Shown here piece after piece: positions 14,791 through 26,710 of a DNA stretch of 64,000 nt; positions within the stretch are counted from its first letter, which is position 1; each line of letters opens with the position of its first letter. The DNA is taken from contig NC_068985.1 of NCBI RefSeq assembly GCF_001194135.2, positions 2,905,070-2,969,069 of the forward strand. Reading direction: 5' to 3'. The notes below the pieces were generated by a model. The model was not told the origin of the DNA. It saw only the letters and a list, made by a program, of their open reading frames with translations, and did not search any database. The translations under genes were made by a program, and so were the position numbers. This DNA comes from Octopus bimaculoides (taxonomy: Eukaryota).

Positions 14791-14949
14791 CTGTTCTTCT
14801 TCTTTTTTTATCTACATATTGGAAAGAGTTGGAAATGCAAAGTTTGATGATAAATTTATAAGACTGGTTTCATTTCTTCCCTGCATCCTTCCATCCTCCT
14901 TACCTTTCCTTTTAAGAAATTCTGTAGAAGGAGGTTGCTTTATTATGGT
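14791..14949 (-). CDS. Candidate downstream exon of the same gene (TIIKQPPSTEFLKRKG...FPTLSNM*); alternative internal donor at 14904
   Basis: Acceptor aattaaattccag|. Only phase 0 is open (45 codons to TAG at 14814-14812), matching the phase-0 donor at 22807. Two good donors: AAAG|gtaagg (14904) and ACAG|gtgagc (14791). Confidence 0.4.
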
Positions 14950-16562
14950 CTGGAATTTAATTCATATCATCTTATGCAAGCAGAATATTTGCCAGATTTT
15001 AAATTCTGCCCTAATTTATTCATTAAAGTGTTATCTGCTACTTTACAAGGTATGGGGAGAATACTATATGACTAAAGAATAAAATGTTTTGAATAGTACA
15101 ACAATGCACTATAATACAAGAAGTGGGCTATATAGCTCGTTGTTTGTATTGTTGTACCATTTGAAACATTTTATTCTTTACAAACAATACACAATGCTTC
15201 AAGTGAACTACAATACTATATGACTAGTTGTTAGTTAAAAAAAAAAAACATTTGAGCAAAACAAATTATGTGGTTAACCAAGACTAACATAAGCACTAGA
15301 AACACTATTATTTAATAACCAGTTGATCTAGCAAGCAAGGCCACATATCAGTGAGGGTGGGGGGCAGTGCACATTGATACCATCGAGAGGTAGGCCCTGA
15401 AATGGCACGAATTCTCTCCTGATGACCCCATACACTTGCTGGCTTCTGATATGCGGAGTTCTCAACAGGTAGCAAGTTGTTTGCAAAACATCTCAGTTCA
15501 CTATTTCACTTCATTACAATTCAATGCTGAACATCTGAATTAATTCTAAACTTTAATTTTGGCTGACCAACAGAGTAGCACCACATTGTATTGATTGTTG
15601 CAGCAAGCATAACAGGGGTATTCATTGTATAGAAAAAGATAAACAACATATCAGAAGACATTCTGTCCCAGAGCAGTCCTAATGAAGAAGTTAATATGCA
15701 ACAGTTCTAAATATAAGAATATAGTTAACAAAAAACTGTTTTCTTACAAAATAAATATCATTGTTCATTTGAGGCTGTTCATCTGCTAGACTCTGTTCAA
15801 TAAAATTATATTGCAGAACCATCCTTTTCATGGAGATGCTTTTTGATAAGCGAAAACCAAAGTAAAATTTAACAGGAATTTCTAAAATGCAGACAGCAGT
15901 CTTTGCTGCCTAACCTAGGTCATAAATGTAAATTTTACCAAATTTCTGCAGTCTTATTTGAAACTCAGATCAAGCAACATGTTTGAAAGAGGGGGGTGGG
16001 GAGAGATATGGGCAACAACAATAACCACAATCAGAAGATTGAAGCTACAAAGGCAAAAAGAGATATTGAGTAGATAAAAGACTGATAGCTAATATCTGAA
16101 TAATTCTAAATCAAAGAGAACAAAATTTTCAGATTTGAAGATTATACATATATATATACACACACAGACAGAAAGAGATGTGTGTGTGTGTGTGTGTGTG
16201 TATGCACACAGACATATATACATCTATACACATCTGTGTATGTGAGGGAGAGGGTGGGAGGAAGGTAGGGAGAGAGAGAGAGATCAGTCAGTTACTTGTG
16301 TTGTGCAAATATTGTTTCAGTAGTAAAACCAAAATTTACAGTAATTGGTATATTCCCAGAAAAAGTATTGTAAATAGATTAATAGTTCTGTTCTTAAAGA
16401 AAAAACAAGTCCTATTTTAATTCACATCATTTACCATTTATTTACTTATTTCAATAATGGAAACATTGGAATACACATCAATGGGTGACAAAGTGAAAAG
16501 AGCAGAAGCTGCTTCAAGTTTAAAATGTCAAAGCAATAAACTGATGAAATATTGGTTTCAAA

Positions 16563-16738
16563 TTTTAGCACAAGGCCAGCAAGTTCGAAGTGGAAGGCAA
16601 ACCAGTTCCATCAATTCAGTGCTGGTACTTATTTTATCAACTCCAAATGATGAAAGGCAGAGTGAACCTTGGCAGAAATTGGACTGAGAATGTAAGCACA
16701 AACGAAATGCTGCCAAAAGCATTTCGTTTGGATGTTAA
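16563..16738 (-). mobile_element. Diverged SINE family C
   Basis: gcacaaggccagcaa...gctggtacttattttatcaa...atgaaaggcagagtgaaccttggcagaaatt. Confidence 0.65.
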
Positions 16739-18949
16739 AAAAGTTTCTCATAGTTTAGATGAAGGATGATGTGATTGCTGTTGGGAGTAAAGTAGCTCAG
16801 CACAGACAGAGAGGGTGCTTGCTTATTGCTTGTACTGTAGTTTTGTAGCACTTATTTGATAGGAAAAGGGTGTGAACTCAAATTGGAGATATAAGCATAT
16901 TATCAACTTGGTAACTGCAAAAATTCCCTGGTCGAAAAATATATTGTTCTATCTTCAAATCCAGTCAGCAAGTTATATTTAAATAAACAATAATGCAAGC
17001 AATAATAGAAAAACATAATTTTCTATATAAATATTTTAAACAATAAAAATTACATATAATGCTAAAATGAAAAGAAAATTAAATCTAAAATGAAATTTCC
17101 TTTTAAGTATAAAAGAATGTTATTTATGCAATGGTAACACTTGAGGTTATTTTGATGTTTACCAGTTTGTGGTACCATTCATTATTTGAATGAGATGTGT
17201 GGTGGCACTGTGTGTAATCTTTATATTGCAGTCTTACACAGTTCGTTGCATGAATATTACATTTGGTAGAACTCTACAGCCATTGCAGAGTGTGGTACCA
17301 TTCATTGAAGCCTGATTGTTCAATCAACAAAGGACAAGATGTTGCATTGTTTTTCACTGATATTGATGATTATAATAGCTTCTTAAAATTAAAAAGAAAA
17401 TAACAAACAACATGGCATATATGAGATTTCTGATGGTAGTTTTAGAGCAGAGTGAAAGCTTTACAAATTTAATTTTGTTTTGCTTTGTTCACCCATTTTT
17501 TTTTTTATGAGAAGTCTATTCTAAAATAGAGGAATGTACTTGGATGGAGTCTAACATCTGACTGCATTGTCACTAGGCAGCTGGCGACCAGCTCGGGTGG
17601 ATTAAATGCTAAATGAACTTAAAAAGAACAACATTAAGGACAAGTTTCTATGCACACACACACACACACACACACATACAGACACACAGACACACACATG
17701 CACTCATTCACTTGCTCGCAGACACAGACTAAAAAGAAAAGCAGCAAAACTGATAAGACAAAACAGTTGATATATTTGCACTTTATGACCACAAAATGGA
17801 AATTGATCTTTGCTTGAATTAAACAGATCAATTGTCTTACAAAACATTGCATGTTTTTCTCTCATTGTAAGCTCGAATGCTTCAATCAACAATAGGAACT
17901 ATCAATAATAAACCCTTTGTGATATCAAGCAAGGTGCGTAGACGCTTTTATTCTTACCAATATTAAAAACACAAAGTATTAAGCTTCACTTGTGTTTCCA
18001 TAAATATTACTTACGTCGGTCAACTCGTTCTCAGTTTATATTAATGGGGTGCAGCCATAAATTATACAAATATATTTACAAGTCTGGGTCACAGTAAAAA
18101 AAGATGTACTTCCATTTAAAAAAACAATAGAGTTGTTTATTAATAATGCAGACATATTCGATTATCAATGACAAAGACTGTAAAAGTAAGATGAAGGATA
18201 GGAATTAAAGAGGTTCGATCCCAATTAATTTGATGAGAATTACTTTGTTTCGTTCTATATTTTTCAGGTTATATCTTAATAGCTTTACATCTATTTATCT
18301 ATTGATGCTAGCAGAAGTTAAACAATCTTGCAGATATGAATGTGGATTTATGTATGAGTTACAATTCCAAAACACTTAAAACCGGTGTGTAGGTTCTCAT
18401 GAAAAACATTGAAACAAAAATATAATGTGTTGGCTGGGAGTACTGCATTACACTTGTAGCATCCTTTGATCATTTCATGCATTGATCACAAAACATTACT
18501 TAATATGGAATATGTAATAGAAGCACATAGAAAAAAAATTCACAAAATAAAAACAAAGAACAAAACAAGAACATCTTTACTATGGATAAGATCAATAGAT
18601 CACATTTTGAAAGAAAAACTTGCTGAGTGATTTTCAAGTAACATTTCTTAAGATCAGAACTTAGCACAGCTGTTGCTTTATGTGTGGAGACAGAAGATGT
18701 TATCCCACTACATGTTACTAACATGGAGTAGCACCTTCAGCAGGTGTCTTCTACAATAGAAGCTTCAGTCCAACCAAAGACTTATAGACAGATTTCATAG
18801 ACGGAAACTGAAAGCCCAATGTATGTGGGCATGTGCATCTGTGTCCCCATGTCTCAAAAGGACGAAAGGCAAGGTCAGGATATAAAAAGGGATGAAAAGT
18901 CAGAAAGCATTTTAGTCTGGTGTGCTAACAATTCTGTTCACCACAGCTC

Positions 18950-19112
18950 CAGAAAATACCAGGTTTAGTACAGCTCAAGAAAACAGTGTTATTAGGGACA
19001 ACTAGAATACTTAGGAGGGTTCTTGGCATCTAAGCTTACTTGTTGCAGCCCGATGTTAGAAACTTTTCTTTTCCAACAGTTGAATCTGTTGAGCATATAT
19101 GATATGCATGAA
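18950..19112 (+). mobile_element. Dong/R4-like LINE, extreme 3' end, followed by a long (AAT)n
   Basis: Translation IPGLVQLKKTVLLGTTRILRRVLGI*, then (AAT)n at about 19112-19213. Confidence 0.7.
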
Positions 19113-19132
19113 ATAATAATAATAATAATAAC

Positions 19133-19215
<83 letters not shown>

Positions 19216-19370
19216 AAAAGAACCAATTGTTATCAAGTGAATGATATTTTGGCATCTAGTGTACCTTCCACAGGTTCAAAAAATAAACTTGTCAACCTAC
19301 TTCATTTTTGGTAATATTTTATAGGATTGAGGTAACTCCTCCAGTAGGTATACAAAAGCAAATAATAATA

Positions 19371-19419
<49 letters not shown>

Positions 19420-19440
19420 TAATAATAATAATAATAATCT

Positions 19441-19856
19441 TTCTAATTGACCCAGCATGCCTGTTTTTGCTTACTGATCAAGCTATCATGCCTGTTTGAT
19501 TCCAGGATCGTAAAGAAAGAGGATGAAAAACAAAAAAAGTACAATTCCTTAAAATTTGAAATGGGAAGAATTTGGAGTATGGGAACAGTAAATGTCATGC
19601 CTATAATAATTGGTGCATTGGGAAACAGTAAACAAAGATATAGACAAATGGTAGAAGGAGATTGGAATAGAATGCCCGGTAGAGCTCCTACAGAATGTTT
19701 GTCTCTTATGGAAAGCAAGGATTGTCAGGAGGGTTCTAAGCACTTGAAAGACTTCTGAAAACTTGTGGATAGCTAAGGTTACAGGTAGTAACCCGCTACC
19801 CACGTGAATCCTACCAAGAATAAGACCAAACTTGAGTCAAACCAAATAATAATAAT
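19441..19856 (+). mobile_element. 5'-truncated Dong/R4-like LINE inserted in (TAA)n
   Basis: DSRIVKKEDEKQKKYNSLKFEMGRIWSMGTVNVMPIIIGALG, then after a frameshift KEIGIECPVELLQNVCLL..ARIVRRVL; flanked by (AAT)n on both sides. Confidence 0.85.
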
Positions 19857-21007
19857 CTAAACATAAATACAGGCGTATGCAAGTTCATACATGACATATC
19901 CCAGCTACACAATTCACTAACCACACACTGGGTGTATATCCAATTAGGACATCAATATTCACTCACTCCTACCTATATATATACCTAACAACATAAAAAT
20001 GCTATAAAAACCTATTGATAAAGTTAATCACTGTTTAGTTCAGTTATTCTCTCACTAATATTACAACATCAAAACAACAAAGCAGACTGCAAATCAATCA
20101 TAACAGAATGTCCAGTCATGTTAATCCTCATTCTGTACTATCTTTACATCAACATAAATATCAAATTGACTTTGATTTTAAAGGATTGATCAGACAATTC
20201 TTCCATCCCCTGAAACAATCAAAAGTCAATTCAAACCATCCCTCTATTTTTTTTTATTTTTTTATTTTCTTAACTAAACAAACTAATGATACTTTTCCCA
20301 TTAGACAAGGTAAACTGTTCAGCCATCTATTTAAAGGCCACCTGTGTGTTAACTACTTTTTTTTTTCCTTTCTTTTTATTGTTTTAATTCTATTTTCTAT
20401 AATATCTCTTTGCTATTTCATCCATATTTTGAACAGCTGCTTTCCCCTTCCCACTGTTAGCTACTCAACCATGAAGTAGAAGCAGTACCTACTTTTGATC
20501 CCTCAGGCAAACAGAGTCCTATACAATGCTGAAAGGATCAACATGGTGTATAGTTTAAGATCTGAACATGTGCCCAGGTAGTCATTCCGACCAGGTAACC
20601 ATGCAGCCATTGTACTTAATATGAGTGCACATATGCATGCTTGTGTGTTTGCGCATGCATGCATGCATGAGCTCCTACATTAACACTTAGCTAGCTAGAA
20701 ATAGTACCCACATCTCCAATCAAAACTAGAAGAACACTTGGACATAGATGCTCCTTGCTCCAGCATGGCTATAGCCTTAAGGCTGAAACAGTAAAAGATT
20801 AAAAGAATAAGAAGGATATTCACAGTTCAAACACTTTTGAACTTAAGTCTGTTGAAACCTTGGGTTAAACCACACACACACACTTATTCATTAATAAGTT
20901 GGAAGAGTGGTATTTAGAGTCTTGTCACACCTCCCAATACAGGGATAACTGGGTGAAGTTAATGTGACTGATTGTGGGTAGGGAGAGCCTGTAAAGGAAG
21001 GGTTTAC

Positions 21008-21190
21008 TATAATCCTTTAGCATTCAGATTACTCTGCCAAATGTAATGCCTATTTATTCACAATGCTTTCAATTATCCTCATAGCTTGAGGCATTGTAGG
21101 AGACATGTAAGAGGCCAAATCTGACCAGTTCAAACATAAACAGATAGAATATTTGGACCTGATATGGCTGGTTTCAATGCTAAAAGGATA
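21008..21190. mobile_element. piggyBac-like MITE copy (internally shortened)
   Basis: aatcctttagcattcagattactctgccaaatgtaatgc...aatgctaaaaggataa; same family as 31844-32059. Confidence 0.7.
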
Positions 21191-22268
21191 AACTAGTTTC
21201 AGAGACTAAGAGTTTAAGTCTTAGATTAGTTTTGTAACATCAGTATCATGGTGGTGGTGGTGGTGGTGGTGACAGCAATGGTGGAGGAGAGAATAAATAG
21301 AGCAACACATGTTATTTTACTCCTTGACATCTCTAGATTTAACAAACAGGAGATTTTAGAATCCACTTCCTTCTACCCAAAAAGTTCCATAATTTTGCTG
21401 TTTGTTATGGGACAAACCAAGAGATCAGGTGAAGAATTAATAAAATCACTTTCTCAACTAATTCTTGTTTTGAACAACTGTCCCAATAATAGATTATTTC
21501 TTCAATTATAGCTGAAAATAAAACTATTCCTGCTGGGGAAATAACCACAGCATAAAATGGAAGATAATTTCAATCAGTTACAAAAACAGAATCTAATGAA
21601 TAAAAAAACAGAACAAACAACCCAAAAGGAATTATAAATGGACTAACACATATAATTACTTTGGAAAGTCTCTATCATAACCTATGGCATTTTGGTACTT
21701 CAAGAGAGGAGAATGTTAATTAATAGCAAATTTACTGAGAACTAGTCCAATCAAAACAAGCCACTGCCATTACATTAATCAAATAGAATAACTTTTAAAA
21801 AATGTTAAAAAATAGCTTTACTTTTTCATTTCTAATAAATGAGAAATATAGATGAATGTATATTATGCATGAAAAAACAAAATAATCTCTTCTATATTTT
21901 CTAGGTGTTTACTACCACTACCGCAAGACATGTGAAGGTAAAATTCCAAAAACAAATAAAGAACAGTCTGAAATATTGAATGAAAGATTTTAAATGACTA
22001 GTTTTATGCTTGAATGAATTCCTTGAGAATCTCTCTGCTATGTATAGTTTAGCTTATATAAGTTTTCAGAGAATGGAAAAATTTGAGATTACTTCATCTT
22101 ATGAAGTCTTGTTTAAAACATGAAAGCGAACTTCTAAAATACAATGACACTTGAAATGTTTGTAACTAAATTTAGCCATAGTTACTGACTTCGATGTACA
22201 TCTTGCTGACAGCGTAGGTTGATAAGCAGGTTTACTGTTGTGGGGATAAGGGGGTTTACCAGGTTCAT

Positions 22269-22666
22269 TATCTTTTATCTTTTACTTGTTTCAGTCATTA
22301 GACTGCGGCCATGCTGGGGCACTGCCTTGAAAGGTTTTAGCTAAACGAATCAATCCCAGTGCTTATTTTTATTTTTAAAGCCTGATACTTATTTTATTAG
22401 TGTCTTTTGCCAAACCGCTAAGTTATGGGTATATAAACGCATCAACACCAGCTGTCAAGAAGTGGTGGGGACAAATACACCACAAAGACACATGCACGCC
22501 CACATATGACAGGTTTCTTTCAGTTTCTATCTACCAAATCCACTCACAAGGCTTTGGTTGGCCCAAGACTATAGTAAAAGGCACTCTACCAAGGTGACAC
22601 AAAATAGGACTGAACCCAGAACCTTGTGGTTTGGAAGTAAATTTCACACCACACAGCCATGTCTGC
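22269..22666 (-). mobile_element. Composite SINE (A+B), about 140 bp inside the intron downstream of the 516-nt exon
   Basis: Collinear with 638-1032. Confidence 0.8.
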
Positions 22667-22806
22667 AGCTAATATAAACAAAAACAAAGAAAGAAACATA
22701 TACAAATCTAACAGCTACTTGTAAAAGGAATAACTTATTTATTTTCCCAAAAAGCTAATGAGTAACAGTGAGGTTAAAAATAAGATTATGAAAATAATTA
22801 GCATAC

Positions 22807-23322
22807 CTGAACATGGTTCTTTGATGTAAGAGGAGTGACAAGAGCTTCTAGCTTGTGCCAATTCCGTGTAGATGAAGTACATGAATCACCAGTATTTGAA
22901 TTAGAAAAAAATGTTTTTGACTCACAAGTCTTAAAAGAATTTGATGTGTTTGAATCATCTAAATTTCTAGATGTATCTGTCAAGATAGAATTTTGACTTG
23001 TGGCACCAAGGGAGGCCCAACTATGGTGGTGAAATATTAATGGAGATTCATTAAACTGCAATCTCTTCTGAAGCCCCAGTTCAACATCGCTGTGTGTTTC
23101 TCTTGTCTTGTTTACACTGATGTGCGATTCCTCACCAACATCAGATTCTAAGGACTTTACACATTTAGGTCTTTTCACTCTTGAAGACTCGCTGAATGGA
23201 GAAAAACAGTCCATCTGTTGAGTGAGGTTGGTCTTGCCTTGTATAGAACCTTCATTATTCTGGATGTGTTCAAAAGCCTTTCTCAATCTGCTCCGAAATG
23301 TGTTACTTTTTTTAGATTGTCT
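22807..23322 (-). CDS. Next coding exon (516 nt, 172 codons, phase 0/0) of the same gene
   Basis: Acceptor tctttttcttttcaaaactttag| opens RQSKKSNTFRSRLRKAFEHIQ...LEALVTPLTSKNHVQ, then donor CAG|gtatgc. In frame with the 29210 donor; similar composition. Confidence 0.85.
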
Positions 23323-23344
23323 CTAAAGTTTTGAAAAGAAAAAG

Positions 23345-23366
23345 ATAATAATAATAATAATAATAA

Positions 23367-23397
<31 letters not shown>

Positions 23398-23673
23398 AAG
23401 AAGAAGAAGAAGAAGAAGAAGAAGAAGAAGAAGAAGAAGAAGAAGAAGAAGAAGAAGAAGAAGAGAGAAAGAAGAAGAGAGAAAGAAGAAGAAGAGAGAA
23501 AGAAGAAGAGAGAAAGAAGAAGAAGAAGAAGAGAGAAAGAAGAAGAAGAAGAAGAAGAAGAAGAAGAAGAAGAAGAAGAAGAAGAAGAAGAAGAGAAAGA
23601 AGAAGAAGAAAAAGAAGAAGAAGAAAAAGAAGAAGAAGAAAAAGAAGAAGAAGAAAAAGAAGAAGAAGAAGAA
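23345..23673. repeat. Compound (AAT)8 + about 300-bp interrupted (GAA)n tract
   Basis: Seen directly; interruptions AGAGAAAGA and GAAAAA give a higher-order periodicity. Confidence 0.95.
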
Positions 23674-24689
23674 CACAGAGAGAATGAAATATAGTCAAAG
23701 CAACAAAAACAGAATAGTAACATTTTTAATGTGATAAATTCAAGATGAATATAAGAAGTTGTGCATAAATTTGAGTCTAAAATTGAGATGAACTTAGTGC
23801 AACTGCTGTATTATTGCACTAAAATAATTTAGCTGAAGGTTTCCAAGTTATTTTATTTGAAACTTGCTGAACTAAAGAACATGTTTATATAACACTTTCA
23901 TTATATGATTTATCCTATCAAGGACACATTTTGCATGTAGGAAGAATGTTATGACAAGCTTCATCATCCAATTTATGCTTGCACATTAACAACACCCTTG
24001 TGAAGTCAAGCTTACTTTATGTTTCTACGTTTCTTGAAACCATCTAACTTGTTATTCTTTGTAGAACTGTGGCCATGCCGGAGTACCACCTTAATTTATT
24101 TTCTCCCCTTGAATGGCTTGCTGGCCCAATATCATCATTGCAAGTTTATTCAATGTTCTTTGAATTTCTCAGTAGAGGTCCCGTTTATATTTCTGACTTC
24201 TATAGGTAGGCAGTTGAACGAGGACTTCTCATTATCAGACTGGTACAAGAGAGTGTTTATGCTCACAAAAAATAATTATAAATCTAGCTTTCACCTTTGG
24301 AAAATTATCCCTAAATTTTACATTATATAATTTAGTAATTTTTACAGAATTGGCTAAGATCATAAACTGTGAACCACTATTGCTGCTGACTCATTCAGTC
24401 ATGCTCGAACCTACCAAACTCAGCATTGTATATAGTTGGCTGAATGTATTTGTAAAAATAAATCTGCAACAATGTGATTGTAAAGATAATATTGGAACCA
24501 ATGTTGACATTGATAACACTACTCAAGTGTGGTTCCAGCTCAGAAGTTTGAAACAGTGAAAGAGTAAAAGAAAACGTTCCATGTAAAGTAGGAACATCAA
24601 TAATTGAGCTGCTTATGAACAAGTCCAAACAGAGTAACAAACATTGTCAGGTAGGTTATTTACATTTGATGTAAATAATGTGTGGCCCC

Positions 24690-25010
24690 CATGCTGGTGG
24701 CAGGTAAAAAGTACCATTCGAGTGTGATCGTTACCAGCGTCGCCTTACTGGCACTTGTGCCGGTGGCACGTGGAAAACACCATTTGAGCATGGCCATTGC
24801 CAGTACCGCCTGACTGGCCCTCATCCTGTTGGCACGTAAAAGCACCCAATACACTCTCAGAGTGGTTGGCGTTAGGAAGGGCATCCAGCTGTAGAAACTC
24901 TGCCAGATCAGATTGGAGCCTGGTGCAGCCATCTGGCTCACTAATCCCAAGTCAAACTATCCAACCCATGCTAGCATGGAAAGCGGACGTTAAATGATGA
25001 TGATGATGAT
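24690..25010 (+). mobile_element. RTE 3'-UTR-only copy (family D) with (GAT)n tail
   Basis: Homologous to 25760-26105: ggtggcacgtaaaagcaccc...ggcgttaggaagggcatccagctgtagaaactctgcc...ggacgttaaatgatgat. Confidence 0.8.
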
Positions 25011-26105
25011 GAGCTTCCGCTATCTTGGTGACCAAGTTAGTAGTGGGGGAGGGTGAGCTGAAAGTGTAGCTGCTAGAATAAGAATAGCCTGGGCAAAGTT
25101 CAGAGAGCTCTTACCTCTGCTGGTGACAAGGGGCCTCTCACTTAGAGTAAAAGGTAGACTGTATGACGCAAGTGTACGAACAGCCATGCTTCATGGCAGT
25201 GAAACATGGGCTGTAACTGTTGAGGACATGTGTAGGCTTACAAGGAATGAAGCCAGTATGCTCCGATGGATGTGTAATGTCAGTGTGCATACTAGACAGA
25301 GTGTAAGTACCTTGAGAGAAAAGTTGAACCTAAGAAGCATCAGCTGTGGTGTGCAAGAGAGACGTTTGCACTGATATGGGCATGTGGCAAGAATGGATGA
25401 GGATAGCTGTGTGAAAAAGTGCCACACTCTAGCAGTTGAGGGAACCTGTGGAAGAGGTAGGCCCAGGAAGACCTGGGCTGAGGTGAAAGGGCACGACCTT
25501 TGACCATTGGGCCTCACCGAGGCAATGACTTATGACCGAGACCTTTGGAAATATGCTGTGCGTGAGAAGACCCGGCAAGCCAAGTGAGACCTAAATTCAA
25601 GGCCTCTGCCGGGATGCGTACCTTCCTACATTGTACACTAAACTCTGCTTGCGAAGACCTGTTGAGGCAAGTGAAATTGAACTAAATTCGATGGCTGGCA
25701 CTTATGCCAACCGTTGTCTCCTTAATTGGACACGAAACTAAGCGAAAGCAAAATCGTGATGGCACCTGTATCCTGGCACTTGTGCCGGTGGCACGTGTAA
25801 AAACATTCAAGTGAGATCGTTGCCAGTGCCGCTGGACTGGCTCCTGTGCAGGTGGCACATAAAAGACACCATTTTGAGCGTGGCCGTTGCCAGTACCGCC
25901 TGACTGGCCTTCGTGCCGGTGGCACGTAAAAGCACCCATTACACTCTCGGAGTGGTTTGCGTTAGGAAGGGCATCCAGCTGTAGAAACTCTGCCAAATCA
26001 GATTGGAGCCTGGTGTAGCCACCTGATTCACCAGTCCTCGGTCAAATCATCCAACCCATGCCAGCATGGAAAACGGACATTAAACGATGATGATGATGAT
26101 GATGA
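25011..26105 (+). mobile_element. 5'-truncated RTE-clade LINE: RT C-terminal region plus 3' UTR and (GAT)n tail
   Basis: LSLRVKGRLYDASVRTAMLHGSETWAVT.EDMCRL.RNEASMLRWMCNV...LREKL..RSI.CGVQERRL(H)*YGHV matches the RTE YxxxVRxxxLYGSETW and RRLRWxGHV motifs. Confidence 0.9.
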
Positions 26106-26106
26106 T

Positions 26107-26400
26107 TCAGGTCACTGCCTGGAATTGAAATAAGGGTAGACAAACATTGCAAAGCTGTGACACAAGGAGATATTGCTAAATTGGGTATAGCTGATCATGT
26201 ATGGAAAAAATGGAGACCGCCTCCTCCTGTGGCATGAAGTTAAAATAATAGACAGAGAACATCAGTGGAAAATACGAAAACTAAAAGAAGCAGCACATAT
26301 GCTAGGACACAACAACCTCCTAAGCAGACTGAGTGCAGATATGAATAGCATATGAGAACCGGTATTAAGGAAGCATAGGAAAATATTAGATTTATAAGCC
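26107..26400 (+). mobile_element. Penelope-like GIY-YIG endonuclease C-terminal remnant
   Basis: KHCKAVTQGDIAKLGIADHVWK/NGDRLLLWHEVKIIDREHQWKIRKLKEAAHMLGHNNLLSR; one frameshift and one stop; matches the SAIADH...W..VKII.RE..W..RK.KEA motif. Confidence 0.8.
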
Positions 26401-26426
26401 CTAAAATTCACTCCATAATTGCACAC

Positions 26427-26535
26427 GGGTATATGGCGTAGTGGTTAAGAACGCAGGCTACTAACCCCAAGATTCCGAGTTCGATTCCAGGCAGTGACCT
26501 TAAGAATAATAATAATAATAATAAATAATAACAAC
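26427..26535 (+). mobile_element. tRNA-derived head (Pol III A/B boxes) with (AAT)n, not a functional tRNA
   Basis: A-box TGGCGTAGTGG (26434-26444) and B-box GAGTTCGATTCC (26477-26488); acceptor and anticodon stems do not pair. Confidence 0.75.
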
Positions 26536-26710
26536 ATCAGATAGATATAATGGAATACCAATCAATCATAATATATTTTGTTCCAATTAAAACAAAATTT
26601 CTTCAAGATATTAAAACAAATCAGCAAGTTAGAAAATCTCTATAAGAGATCTGAGCAGTAACTATACTGAGAAGTAGTGTTTATTGCCACTTCAGCATGG
26701 CTGTTCCATT

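Noticed and set aside
15415-15440. CTGATGA followed by cccc as a hammerhead
   Set aside because: No stem II or GAAA follows.
17168-17306. 16-bp direct repeat tgtggtaccattcatt flanking about 107 bp
   Set aside because: Could be a TSD, but the enclosed sequence has no recognisable element features.
20140-20210. Strong minus-strand acceptor (ttttgattgtttcag) near 20210
   Set aside because: All frames close within about 22 codons and there is no convincing donor.
21905-21937. 33-nt plus-strand microexon-like segment (ttttctag|...AAG|gtaaaa)
   Set aside because: No other plus-strand exons found; such matches arise by chance in AT-rich DNA.
23283-23723. Long poly-F/L/S ORFs, and similar ones at 12407-12783, 18992-19255 and 34598-34828
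   Set aside because: Translations of microsatellites.
26427-26500. tRNA gene
   Set aside because: A/B boxes are present but acceptor and anticodon stems do not pair; it is a TE-derived head.
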